Positions 25,759 through 33,331 of a stretch of DNA of 64,000 bases are shown one piece after another; the first letter of the stretch is position 1, and each line of letters begins with the position of its first letter. The position numbers and the translations under genes were made by a program. Source of the DNA: Gemmatimonadota bacterium (GTDB lineage: Bacteria > Gemmatimonadota > Gemmatimonadetes > Palauibacterales > Palauibacteraceae); the NCBI GenBank assembly GCA_039587395.1, contig JBDHIQ010000003.1:22582-86581 (forward strand), given 5' to 3'. The notes below the pieces were generated by a model. That model did not search any database, had not been told where the DNA came from, and saw only the letters and a list, made by a program, of their open reading frames with translations.

Positions 25759-26886
25759 ATGCTGCGAGCCGATCAGATCGTTCTGCGCGAGATTCAGCTT
25801 CCGCTTCGAGAGCCGTTCAAGATCTCATCCGGGGTCACCACGGAGCGTCGGATCGTTCTCCTCGAGCTGGTGCACCCCGACGGTGTCTCGGCGTGGTCCG
25901 AATGCGTGGCCGGCGAGCTTCCGAACTACTTCCCCGACACCACGGACACGGCCTGGTTCGCCATCCGAGAGTGGCTGGCACCCCGAGTACTGGGCCGCCC
26001 GCTGGACTCTCCCGGCAACGTCGCCGCCATCCTGGCCGAGGATATCCGCGGCCACCAGATGGCAAAGGGTGCGGTGGAGATGGGATTCTGGGGACTGTCG
26101 GCGGAGCTGCGGGGCGAATCCCTGTCGCAGGGGATAGGTGGCACGCGAGATCGAGTCGCCACGGGAATCTCTCTCGGCATCCAGCAGACGCCCGAACTCC
26201 TCATCGAAAAGGCGGAAGAAGCGTTCGCTCTGGGATACCGCAAGGTCAAAATGAAGATCAAGCCGGGACAGGATGTCGGGTTCGTCGCGGCTGTTAGAGA
26301 CGCCGTCGGTCCCGATGCTCCGCTCGCGGTGGATGCGAACGCGGCCTACACGCTGGATACGGCCGATGCAATCCTGGCCCTGGACGAATTGAACCTGATC
26401 ATGATCGAGCAGCCGCTGGCGGGCGGCGACCTTGTGCGGCACGCGACGCTGCAGGCCCGGCTGCAGACGCCCATCTGTCTGGACGAGTCCATCACCGGGC
26501 CCGCAAACGCGGAGGACATGATTGCGCTGGGGAGCGGCCGCATAGCGAACATCAAACCGGGGCGCGTGGCCGGCTTCAGCTCCTCGATCCGGATCCACGA
26601 CCTCTGCCGCGACGCCGGCGTGGGTGTGTGGTGCGGGGGCATGCTCGAAACCGGGATCGGACGTGCGTACAATGTCGCTCTGGCCTCCTTGCCGAACTTC
26701 CTGTACCCGGGCGACCTGTCACCCAGCCGGCGGTACTGGGAGCGAGACATCGTGACGCCGGAGTGGGAGATGGGGGAGGATGGCATGGTGGACGTTCCGG
26801 TCCGCCGGACCGGGATAGGGGTGGAGGTTGACCGCGACCGGATCGATGATCTCACGGTACGGATGGAGCGGCTCACCACTGGCTGA
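25759..26886 (+). CDS. Enolase-superfamily enzyme, o-succinylbenzoate synthase / N-succinylamino-acid racemase (MenC/NSAR) subgroup
   Basis: 375 aa. It has the KVKMKIKPG motif and metal ligands in DANAAY / IEQP / DES blocks. ATG at 25759. Confidence 0.85.
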   Translation: MLRADQIVLREIQLPLREPFKISSGVTTERRIVLLELVHPDGVSAWSECVAGELPNYFPDTTDTAWFAIREWLAPRVLGRPLDSPGNVAAILAEDIRGHQMAKGAVEMGFWGLSAELRGESLSQGIGGTRDRVATGISLGIQQTPELLIEKAEEAFALGYRKVKMKIKPGQDVGFVAAVRDAVGPDAPLAVDANAAYTLDTADAILALDELNLIMIEQPLAGGDLVRHATLQARLQTPICLDESITGPANAEDMIALGSGRIANIKPGRVAGFSSSIRIHDLCRDAGVGVWCGGMLETGIGRAYNVALASLPNFLYPGDLSPSRRYWERDIVTPEWEMGEDGMVDVPVRRTGIGVEVDRDRIDDLTVRMERLTTG

Positions 26887-26903
26887 AGGAGCGTGAGGAA
26901 CCC

Positions 26904-27752
26904 ATGACCGAGAGAGCGCCGACTCCTGGGGATGACCTGCAGGTCACGCTTCGCCACGTGGAAGGCCTGGCAGAGCTGCAGGCGTGCCAAGATCTGGAGG
27001 CGGAAACCTGGGGCTCGGATTTCGACCAGCTGGTCCCCGCATCGATTCTGCTGATATGTCAGAAGATTGGCGGCCTGGTCGCCGGCGCGTTTGACCAGGA
27101 CAACAGGCTGCTCGGGTTCGTGTACGGCCTGGATGGCCACATGGGTGGTCAGCGGATCCAATGGTCCCACATGCTGGCCGTGCGCCCAGGCTTGCGGGGA
27201 CTCGGGCTGGGCCGGCGGCTCAAGCTGTATCAGCGCGAGCAGGCGCTCGCGCAGGGCATCGAATCCATCTACTGGACCTACGACCCGCTGGTGGCCCGCA
27301 ACGCCCACCTGAACCTGAACCGCCTTGGAGCCGACGTCGCCGACTACCTGAAGAACGTGTACGGTGTCGGCACGGCCAGCCCGCTGCACGGCAACACGGA
27401 GACGGACCGCTTCCTGCTCCGCTGGGATCTGCGAGGCTCGCGTACGGCGTGGGCTATCGACGGCGATACCGTCGCGGCCCCGAGCCTGGCGTTACGCGAC
27501 ACTCCGGTGATCCGGCCAGTCATGGAACTGGGCATTCCACCCGACACGTTCGACCTGCCGGAAGAGGAGACGGTGCGGGTAGAGATTCCGAATGACATCG
27601 TCGCCGTGATAGCTCATTCGCTGGACGAAGCACGGGGTTGGCGCGCGACGACGCGTCGTGCCTTTGAGTACTACCTCCGGCACGGCTATCACGTCGCGAG
27701 CTTCTTCCGCGAGGCCAGCACCGGACGCTGCTATTACGTCCTCACCCGCTAG
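26904..27752 (+). CDS. GNAT-family N-acyltransferase (two-lobed, about 280 aa)
   Basis: 282 aa. It has the GNAT core RPGLRGLGLGRRLK. It starts 18 nt after the MenC/NSAR stop. Confidence 0.7.
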   Translation: MTERAPTPGDDLQVTLRHVEGLAELQACQDLEAETWGSDFDQLVPASILLICQKIGGLVAGAFDQDNRLLGFVYGLDGHMGGQRIQWSHMLAVRPGLRGLGLGRRLKLYQREQALAQGIESIYWTYDPLVARNAHLNLNRLGADVADYLKNVYGVGTASPLHGNTETDRFLLRWDLRGSRTAWAIDGDTVAAPSLALRDTPVIRPVMELGIPPDTFDLPEEETVRVEIPNDIVAVIAHSLDEARGWRATTRRAFEYYLRHGYHVASFFREASTGRCYYVLTR

Positions 27753-27850
27753 ATGGCCTACCTGATTGCCCGGCAGGCCCCGTTCGGCGCATCTGCCGCT
27801 CGAGCGGGGCGGACCCCTGGCGAGCGCCGCCTTCAACCCGCGAGAATGAC

Positions 27851-30082
27851 ATGACGACCCGACCGACCCGCGCCCCGGAACGACTCTACCGGCTGTCCCG
27901 CCCCCCGCTCTACCGCCTGGTATGGCAGAGTGCGCTCATTGGCTGCACCCTCGTGGCCATGCCGATTCTTGGCGCCCAATCTACCCTGGCCCAGGAATCG
28001 TTCACCCTCGAGCAAGTGATGAGCTCGCCCTTCCCTTCCGATCTGGTTTCGGCCCCGGACGCCGGGATCATCGCATGGGTCCAGAACGCGGAAGGCGTGC
28101 GCAACATCTGGGTGGCGGAACAGCCTGACTTCCTGGGTCGACAGTTGACGGGGTTCACCGAGGACGACGGGCAGACTGTGTCGGACCTTGGCCTGACGAC
28201 GGACGGCCGGCGCGTGGTATTCGTTTACGGGGACGGCCCGAACCGTCAGGGCGATGTGCCGAACCCACGCAGCAACCCGGAGGGACGGGAGCAGGCCATC
28301 TGGGTCGTCGATGTAGGGGGTCCGGCGGCAGGAATGCCGCGCCGGCTCGGCACCGGGAGCTCACCCGTCATCTCCCCGTCGGGAGACCGGATCGCGTTTC
28401 TCGCGCGGGGACAGGTCTGGACGGTAGACCTCGAGCCGGCTACGGCCGGACGCGCGGAGCCGGATCAGGTCGGGGAGGACCAGCCGGCGGCAGACGCGAA
28501 ACCCGAACAGCTGTTCGAGATCCGCGGAAGCGCCAGCTCACCGCGCTGGTCACCGGACGGATCGCGGCTGGCGTTTGTCAGCAACCGCGGCGACCACTCG
28601 TTCGTGGGCGTCTTCCACCTGGAGACGGAGACCCTGCGGTATCTGGATCCCAGCCTCGATCGCGACGTAGCGCCGACCTGGTCGCCGAACGGGTCACAGC
28701 TGGCCTTCGGACGCATCCCCACCGAGCGTCAGCAACTTCCGTTCGCTCCTCGAAGGGCCGGTCTGCCGTGGTCGCTGCGCGCCGTAGACGTCGCATCGGG
28801 TGAGGCCCGGGAGGTCTGGAAGGCCGCGGAGGGTCCGGGTAGCGTGTTCCGTGGCATCGAGTCCGACACTCCACTGTGGTGGGCCGAGGGCAACCGCCTG
28901 GTCTTCCCCTGGGAGCGGGATGGCTGGACCCATATGTACTCGGTGCCGGCCGGCGGCGGTGACGCCCTTCTCCTCACGCCGGGTGAGTTCGAGGTGGAGC
29001 ACGTGAGCCTGTCGCCTGAGGGCACTCACGTCGTGTACTCGTCAAATCAGGACGACATCGATCGCCGTCATCTGTGGCGCGTGCCGGTTACCGGTGGGGC
29101 AGCCACGCCGCTCACGGCGGGTACGGGCATCGAATGGTCCCCTGTCACGGCGGGCGACGACGCGGTCGCGTTCCTGGCTTCCGATGCCCGCACACCGGCG
29201 CACGCGGCAATTCTGCTCGGGCCCGGGGAGCGACGAGCCGTGGCGCCCGGCTCCCTGCCGCCGGATTTCCCGATTGAGGACCTGGTCGAGCCCCGGCAGG
29301 TTGTCTTCCCGGCGGCCGACGGGATGCTGATCCACGGCCAGCTGTTCCTGCCGAACGACCTCGGGCCCGGAGAGCGACGTCCCGCCGCGGTCTTCTTCCA
29401 CGGGGGCTCACGCCGGCAGATGCTGCTGGGCTGGCACTACCGCGGGTACTACCACAACGCGTATGCGCTGAACCAGTACCTGGCCAGCCGCGGCTATGTA
29501 GTGCTGTCCGTCAACTACCGCAGCGGCACCGGCTACGGGATGGAGTTCCGCGAGGCGATTGATTACGGAGCGCGCGGCGCGAGCGAGTTCAACGATGTGC
29601 TCGGCGCCGGCCTGTATCTTCGCAGTCGACCCGACGTGGACCCGGAGCGTATAGGACTGTGGGGCGGCTCCTACGGCGGCTACCTGACGGCGTTAGGGCT
29701 GGCTCGGGCGTCCGACCTGTTCGCGGCCGGCGTAGACCTGCACGGCGTGCACGACTGGAACGTCGTCATCCGCAACTTCGTCCCCTCCTACGATCCGGAG
29801 GCGCACGCGGAAGCGGCGCGGGTAGCATTCCAGGCCTCGCCGATGGCGTACATCGACAGCTGGCGCTCTCCCGTACTCCTTATTCATGGGGATGACGATC
29901 GCAACGTTCCGTTCTCGGAATCGGTAAGCCTGCTCGAATCGTTGCGGAAGCAAGGAGTGGAAGTGGAGCAGCTGGTGTTCCCGGACGAGGTGCACGGGTT
30001 CCTGCTCCACGAGAACTGGCTGGCCGCCTACCGGGCGGCCGCGGACTTCTTCCAGCGCCAGCTCGAGGGAGGCGGGTCGTGA
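27851..30082 (+). CDS. S9 family serine peptidase (prolyl oligopeptidase/acylaminoacyl-peptidase type) with N-terminal beta-propeller, secreted
   Basis: 743 aa. It has a signal peptide, propeller WSPDG repeats, and a C-terminal alpha/beta hydrolase with the GGSYGGY nucleophile elbow and a HGDDDRNVP block. Confidence 0.85.
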   Translation: MTTRPTRAPERLYRLSRPPLYRLVWQSALIGCTLVAMPILGAQSTLAQESFTLEQVMSSPFPSDLVSAPDAGIIAWVQNAEGVRNIWVAEQPDFLGRQLTGFTEDDGQTVSDLGLTTDGRRVVFVYGDGPNRQGDVPNPRSNPEGREQAIWVVDVGGPAAGMPRRLGTGSSPVISPSGDRIAFLARGQVWTVDLEPATAGRAEPDQVGEDQPAADAKPEQLFEIRGSASSPRWSPDGSRLAFVSNRGDHSFVGVFHLETETLRYLDPSLDRDVAPTWSPNGSQLAFGRIPTERQQLPFAPRRAGLPWSLRAVDVASGEAREVWKAAEGPGSVFRGIESDTPLWWAEGNRLVFPWERDGWTHMYSVPAGGGDALLLTPGEFEVEHVSLSPEGTHVVYSSNQDDIDRRHLWRVPVTGGAATPLTAGTGIEWSPVTAGDDAVAFLASDARTPAHAAILLGPGERRAVAPGSLPPDFPIEDLVEPRQVVFPAADGMLIHGQLFLPNDLGPGERRPAAVFFHGGSRRQMLLGWHYRGYYHNAYALNQYLASRGYVVLSVNYRSGTGYGMEFREAIDYGARGASEFNDVLGAGLYLRSRPDVDPERIGLWGGSYGGYLTALGLARASDLFAAGVDLHGVHDWNVVIRNFVPSYDPEAHAEAARVAFQASPMAYIDSWRSPVLLIHGDDDRNVPFSESVSLLESLRKQGVEVEQLVFPDEVHGFLLHENWLAAYRAAADFFQRQLEGGGS

Positions 30083-30088
30083 GGCCGC

Positions 30089-30119
30089 GGACCGGCTTCG
30101 GCGTCGGGGTGGCCGGTCC
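30089..30119. terminator. GC-rich hairpin (GGACCGGC-N15-GCCGGTCC) between convergent stops, putative bidirectional terminator
   Basis: Seen in sequence between the S9 peptidase stop at 30082 and the DUF2892 stop at 30120. No U-tract. Confidence 0.35.
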
Positions 30120-30326
30120 TCAGTCGGCAGAGTGGCAGGTGTTGATGCCGAACAGCGAGTTGGCGGGACAGAACCGGATCAGCCCCGTCACGATGGCGAT
30201 GGCCGCTACGACCCATGCGATGGTGGCGAGCGTGCCGCTGAGGATCCCGAACAGGTTCAGAGCGATGAGGGCGACTCCGACTATCAGGCGGCCGACGCGG
30301 TCGGCTCCACCGACGTTGTAATGCAT
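30120..30326 (-). CDS. DUF2892 (YgaP-like) small membrane protein, 68 aa
   Basis: Only the C-terminal 68 codons of track ORF 30120..31262 look real (MHYNVGGADRVGRLIVGVALIALNLFGILSG...CPANSLFGINTC). The remainder is antisense to the SDR gene. Confidence 0.65.
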   Translation of the reverse strand: MHYNVGGADRVGRLIVGVALIALNLFGILSGTLATIAWVVAAIAIVTGLIRFCPANSLFGINTCHSAD

Positions 30327-30455
30327 GCGACTCTCCTTTGAGAACGGGGTCCGGAAAGACGACCGGAGTACAATCGTCGGCCAACGGCCGGCCGATACGG
30401 TAATCACCAAACCGGGCGGACGCGAGCCACCCGGTTCAAAACACGAGGTCAGGCG

Positions 30456-31232
30456 ATGAGTCGGATAGAGGCCAGATGGGCGCTGGTCACGGGAGCCAGC
30501 TCCGGAATCGGCCAGGCGTGCGCACGCCGGTTTGCCGCCGAGGGAGCGAACCTGATCCTCTGGGCGCGGCGGGCGGAACGCCTCAAGGAGCTGGCGGCAG
30601 AGCTCAGCGGCGAGCACGGAGTCCAGGTAGAGTGGGCGCCGGTGGATGTGCGGGACCGGCGAGCTGTGGACGATAGCGCGGCCGATCTGATCGACCGGGG
30701 ACGGGTCCCCGGGATCCTCCTCAACAACGCCGGCCTGGCCGCCGGCCTGGCGCCGGTGCAGACGGGTGATCCGGTGGACTGGGACCGGATGATCGACACC
30801 AACGTGAAGGGCCTGCTCAACGTCACCCGGGCGCTGCTGTCGGCGATGATCGAGCGCGGTGAGGGACACGTCGTGAACATCGGCAGCACGGCCGGCCACC
30901 AGGTATACCCGAACGGCAACGTGTACAACGCGACCAAGTTTGCGGTGCGGGCCCTGTCGGAAGGAATGAACCTGGATGTGGCCGGGACGCCGCTCCGCGT
31001 GTCCAGCGTCGACCCGGGCTTCGTGAGGACCGAGTTCTCCAACGTGCGGTTTCACGGGGACGACCAGAAGGCCGACGCCGTGTACACCGGCTTCCTGCCG
31101 CTGGAAGCCGAGGATGTGGCGGACGCCGTCTTCTATGTCGTCAACGCACCGGCCCACGTGAACGTGGCCGATCTCGTCCTGCTGCCGACGGCGCAGCGCA
31201 ACGTATACATCGTGGACCGTTCGGAATCCTGA
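30456..31232 (+). CDS. SDR family NAD(P)-dependent oxidoreductase (YdfG-like)
   Basis: 258 aa. It has TGASSGIGQA and YNATKFAV catalytic motifs. Confidence 0.9.
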   Translation: MSRIEARWALVTGASSGIGQACARRFAAEGANLILWARRAERLKELAAELSGEHGVQVEWAPVDVRDRRAVDDSAADLIDRGRVPGILLNNAGLAAGLAPVQTGDPVDWDRMIDTNVKGLLNVTRALLSAMIERGEGHVVNIGSTAGHQVYPNGNVYNATKFAVRALSEGMNLDVAGTPLRVSSVDPGFVRTEFSNVRFHGDDQKADAVYTGFLPLEAEDVADAVFYVVNAPAHVNVADLVLLPTAQRNVYIVDRSES

Positions 31233-31469
31233 CCTGCGGCCTGCGGTGGAACGCCGGGACACCTCCGGCAGCCACGGCCAGGCCCGCGGGAACTCTCCAG
31301 ACCCGAGGGAACTCTCCGGGTCGGCAGGTCGTTATGGAATCAGCACCACCCCCCAAAGCCCCGTCCGTCGGCTTGCCGCGGGCGGGGCGCCCTTAGCTGC
31401 CTCCAGCGCTGTTCTGACGTTGCGCATCAGGGCGCTACGCGCGACACCCACGCCAGCTCGCCGACATAC

Positions 31470-31530
31470 TTAACGATATATCTTGACAGGTCGCCGATAT
31501 ATCGTTAACCTCGGGATACCGATATATCGG
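31470..31530. promoter_or_regulatory. Putative PadR operator: 13-bp perfect inverted repeat TTAACGATATATC / GATATATCGTTAA flanking a TTGACA -35-like hexamer, plus a CCGATATATCGG palindrome
   Basis: Seen directly 30-90 bp upstream of the padR ATG. This stretch is AT-rich relative to its surroundings. Confidence 0.5.
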
Positions 31531-31558
31531 AACGAGTCTCAAGCGGGGCGAGGGAGCG

Positions 31559-32134
31559 ATGTTCTCACAGCGAGATTGGGGATACGGAGCCTGGGCTGCA
31601 TGCGCCGGCCCGCGGTTCATCGGCTTTGGCCGGCCTGCCGGTCGGAGTCGTGTATTTGGCCGTGGCGATCTCAAGTACGTGATCCTCGGTCTGCTGGCCG
31701 ACCGACCCATGCACGGTTACGAGATCATCCGCACGCTGGAGGACGGTTCCGGCGGCACGTACTCGCCCAGTCCCGGCTCGGTCTACCCTACCCTGCAGAT
31801 GCTCGAAGACCGTGGGCTGGTGGTCTCCGAGGCCGCGGATGGGAAGAAGGTGTATCGGATCACCGATGAGGGCCGGGCATTCTTGAAGAAGCACAACACC
31901 CGGGCCGACGACATCCTCGACAAATTCGTGAACCTGGGCGAGCGGTTCTCGGGGTCGGACATGAAGTCCCTTACCCGCTCGTTCATGAGACTCGCACAGA
32001 TCAGTTTCGAGCGAGCGATGTCACAGACGGCGGATCCCGAGGCCATGGCGCGGCTGAAGGAGATTTTGGACCAGGCGACCCGGGAGATGGAGAAGGACTG
32101 GCCAGCTCCCGAGGGCGCGCCCAGCGAGGGATAG
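31559..32134 (+). CDS. PadR family transcriptional regulator
   Basis: 191 aa. ATG with a GAGGGAG RBS. It has the PadR winged-helix block YVILGLLADRPMHGYEIIRTLE...SPGSVYPTLQMLEDRGLV. Confidence 0.85.
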   Translation: MFSQRDWGYGAWAACAGPRFIGFGRPAGRSRVFGRGDLKYVILGLLADRPMHGYEIIRTLEDGSGGTYSPSPGSVYPTLQMLEDRGLVVSEAADGKKVYRITDEGRAFLKKHNTRADDILDKFVNLGERFSGSDMKSLTRSFMRLAQISFERAMSQTADPEAMARLKEILDQATREMEKDWPAPEGAPSEG

Positions 32135-32138
32135 AACC

Positions 32139-32555
32139 ATGGGTGAGTGGATTATCCTCGTCGTGGCCGCGTGGTACCTGACGCGGCGCTTTGACGTTCG
32201 CGAGTGGGGGCGGCGGTCCAGGGACGCCATGCTGCAGAGTCCGCTGCTGCGGCCGGGTGGCCGATTGCGCCTCGAGAACCTGCTACACGGCGCCTGGCGC
32301 GACGTACTCGAACTGGCCCGGGACGCGGCCTCGTTGACCGACTCGGCAGTCCGGCAGTTTCGCGCCTACCGTTCCGGACAGCAATCCGTCTCGATTCCCG
32401 GACCGGCCACCGAGGCCCTGTCGGCCCTGGAACGGTCCATGACGTCGGCGACCACGGCTACCAGAGATCGGCCCGAGCCCGATACCTCACCCCACGCACG
32501 TCGCGCAGCTCGGAGCTCAGGGTCCACACCTCCGCTCCGAAGCGTCTCGCCGTAG
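32139..32555 (+). CDS. Hypothetical small membrane protein downstream of padR (extent uncertain)
   Basis: It starts 4 nt after the padR stop with an N-terminal TM helix (MGEWIILVVAAWYL). The 3' third overlaps the convergent vapC and looks like antisense composition. Confidence 0.35.
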   Translation: MGEWIILVVAAWYLTRRFDVREWGRRSRDAMLQSPLLRPGGRLRLENLLHGAWRDVLELARDAASLTDSAVRQFRAYRSGQQSVSIPGPATEALSALERSMTSATTATRDRPEPDTSPHARRAARSSGSTPPLRSVSP

Positions 32556-32841
32556 CCAGAACCACGGAGCTCTCGCGACCGACGGCTTGGAGCATGGAAA
32601 TGCGCCCGGCCTCGAGGGCCAGCGTCGTATCCAATTCCACAACCAGACCCTGCTGCATCGCGGCGGCGGTCTGGAGCGCGTCACCCTCACCGCCGGTGTC
32701 GAAGATAGCCCTCACCACTTCCTGAATGGTCAGGGTGGGCACCAGCAGCTCATCCACTTCCTGGAGCGTCTGCGCGAAGAAGGCGGCATCCGGTCCATCG
32801 CCCAGGTATTCCAACCAGCCTGAAGAATCGACGACGTTCAC
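32458..32841 (-). CDS. vapC: Type II toxin VapC (PIN domain)
   Basis: GTG start (VNVVDSSGWLEYL...) overlaps the vapB stop as GTGA. The PIN acidic residues lie in the DSS / E / D blocks. The track ORF is longer upstream. Confidence 0.75.
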   Translation of the reverse strand: MNVVDSSGWLEYLGDGPDAAFFAQTLQEVDELLVPTLTIQEVVRAIFDTGGEGDALQTAAAMQQGLVVELDTTLALEAGRISMLQAVGRESSVVLATARRFGAEVWTLSSELRDVRGVRYRARADLW

Positions 32842-33149
32842 GGCCGTACCCCTCCCGATCCCGGGCGAACCGGTGGGACCTGACCCTGTCCGGGACGAAG
32901 CGGCGGTGCCTGACCCTGCCACACCCTTCCCGGAGGGGCCTGACCGGGCCCCGACCGACCCGCCGCATCAACGCCGCGCAGGAAGCCTCGCATGGCTTTC
33001 ATCGGCTTCACGGGAATGAACTCGATCCGGTCCTGGTACTGGAGAGCCTGAACTTTTTGACCGGGCAGCAGTCCCATCGATTCCCGTATGGCGCGAGGAA
33101 TCACCACCTGGAATTTGGGAGAGATGGTCACAACGGTCGAGCGCGTCAT
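32838..33149 (-). CDS. vapB: AbrB/MazE/SpoVT-type antitoxin VapB with unusual Pro/Gly/Gln-rich C-terminal tail
   Basis: MTRSTVVTISPKFQVVIPRAIRESMGLLPGQKV... is a swapped-hairpin domain. The tail PGQAPPGRVWQGQAPPLRPGQGQVPPVRPGSGGVRP is encoded by imperfect tandem CCTGACCCTG-type DNA repeats. Confidence 0.7.
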   Translation of the reverse strand: MTRSTVVTISPKFQVVIPRAIRESMGLLPGQKVQALQYQDRIEFIPVKPMKAMRGFLRGVDAAGRSGPGQAPPGRVWQGQAPPLRPGQGQVPPVRPGSGGVRP

Positions 33150-33158
33150 ACGTTTTTC

Positions 33159-33168
33159 CTATCGATAG
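33159..33168. promoter_or_regulatory. CTATCGATAG perfect palindrome immediately upstream of vapB (candidate VapB autoregulatory operator)
   Basis: Seen in sequence 10 nt upstream of the vapB start codon. Confidence 0.3.
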
Positions 33169-33331
33169 CCGTCCGCACATACTATGGGACGAACGAATCT
33201 ACATTTGTTTTACGCTCGCGAAAGACCCTCTTCGAGTGCGTCCGGCCGGGGTGCCGCGACTCAGCCTTTCTGTGCCCGTCCGCTGCCCGTTAAGTTCAGC
33301 GCCTGACGGTTAGTCCTGATCGTGCGTTCTG

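Noticed and set aside
30120-31262. 380-aa minus-strand ORF
   Set aside because: Only the last 68 codons (the DUF2892 membrane protein, 30120-30326) look genuine. The upstream 310 codons are antisense to the SDR gene and R/H/G-rich.
31233-31558. Search for a tRNA or small RNA gene in the two longest non-coding gaps (31233-31558 and 51584-51919)
   Set aside because: No GTTCGA/GTTCAA T-loop with a matching acceptor stem or CCA end was found. Both gaps are better explained as divergent or long promoter regions with operator repeats.
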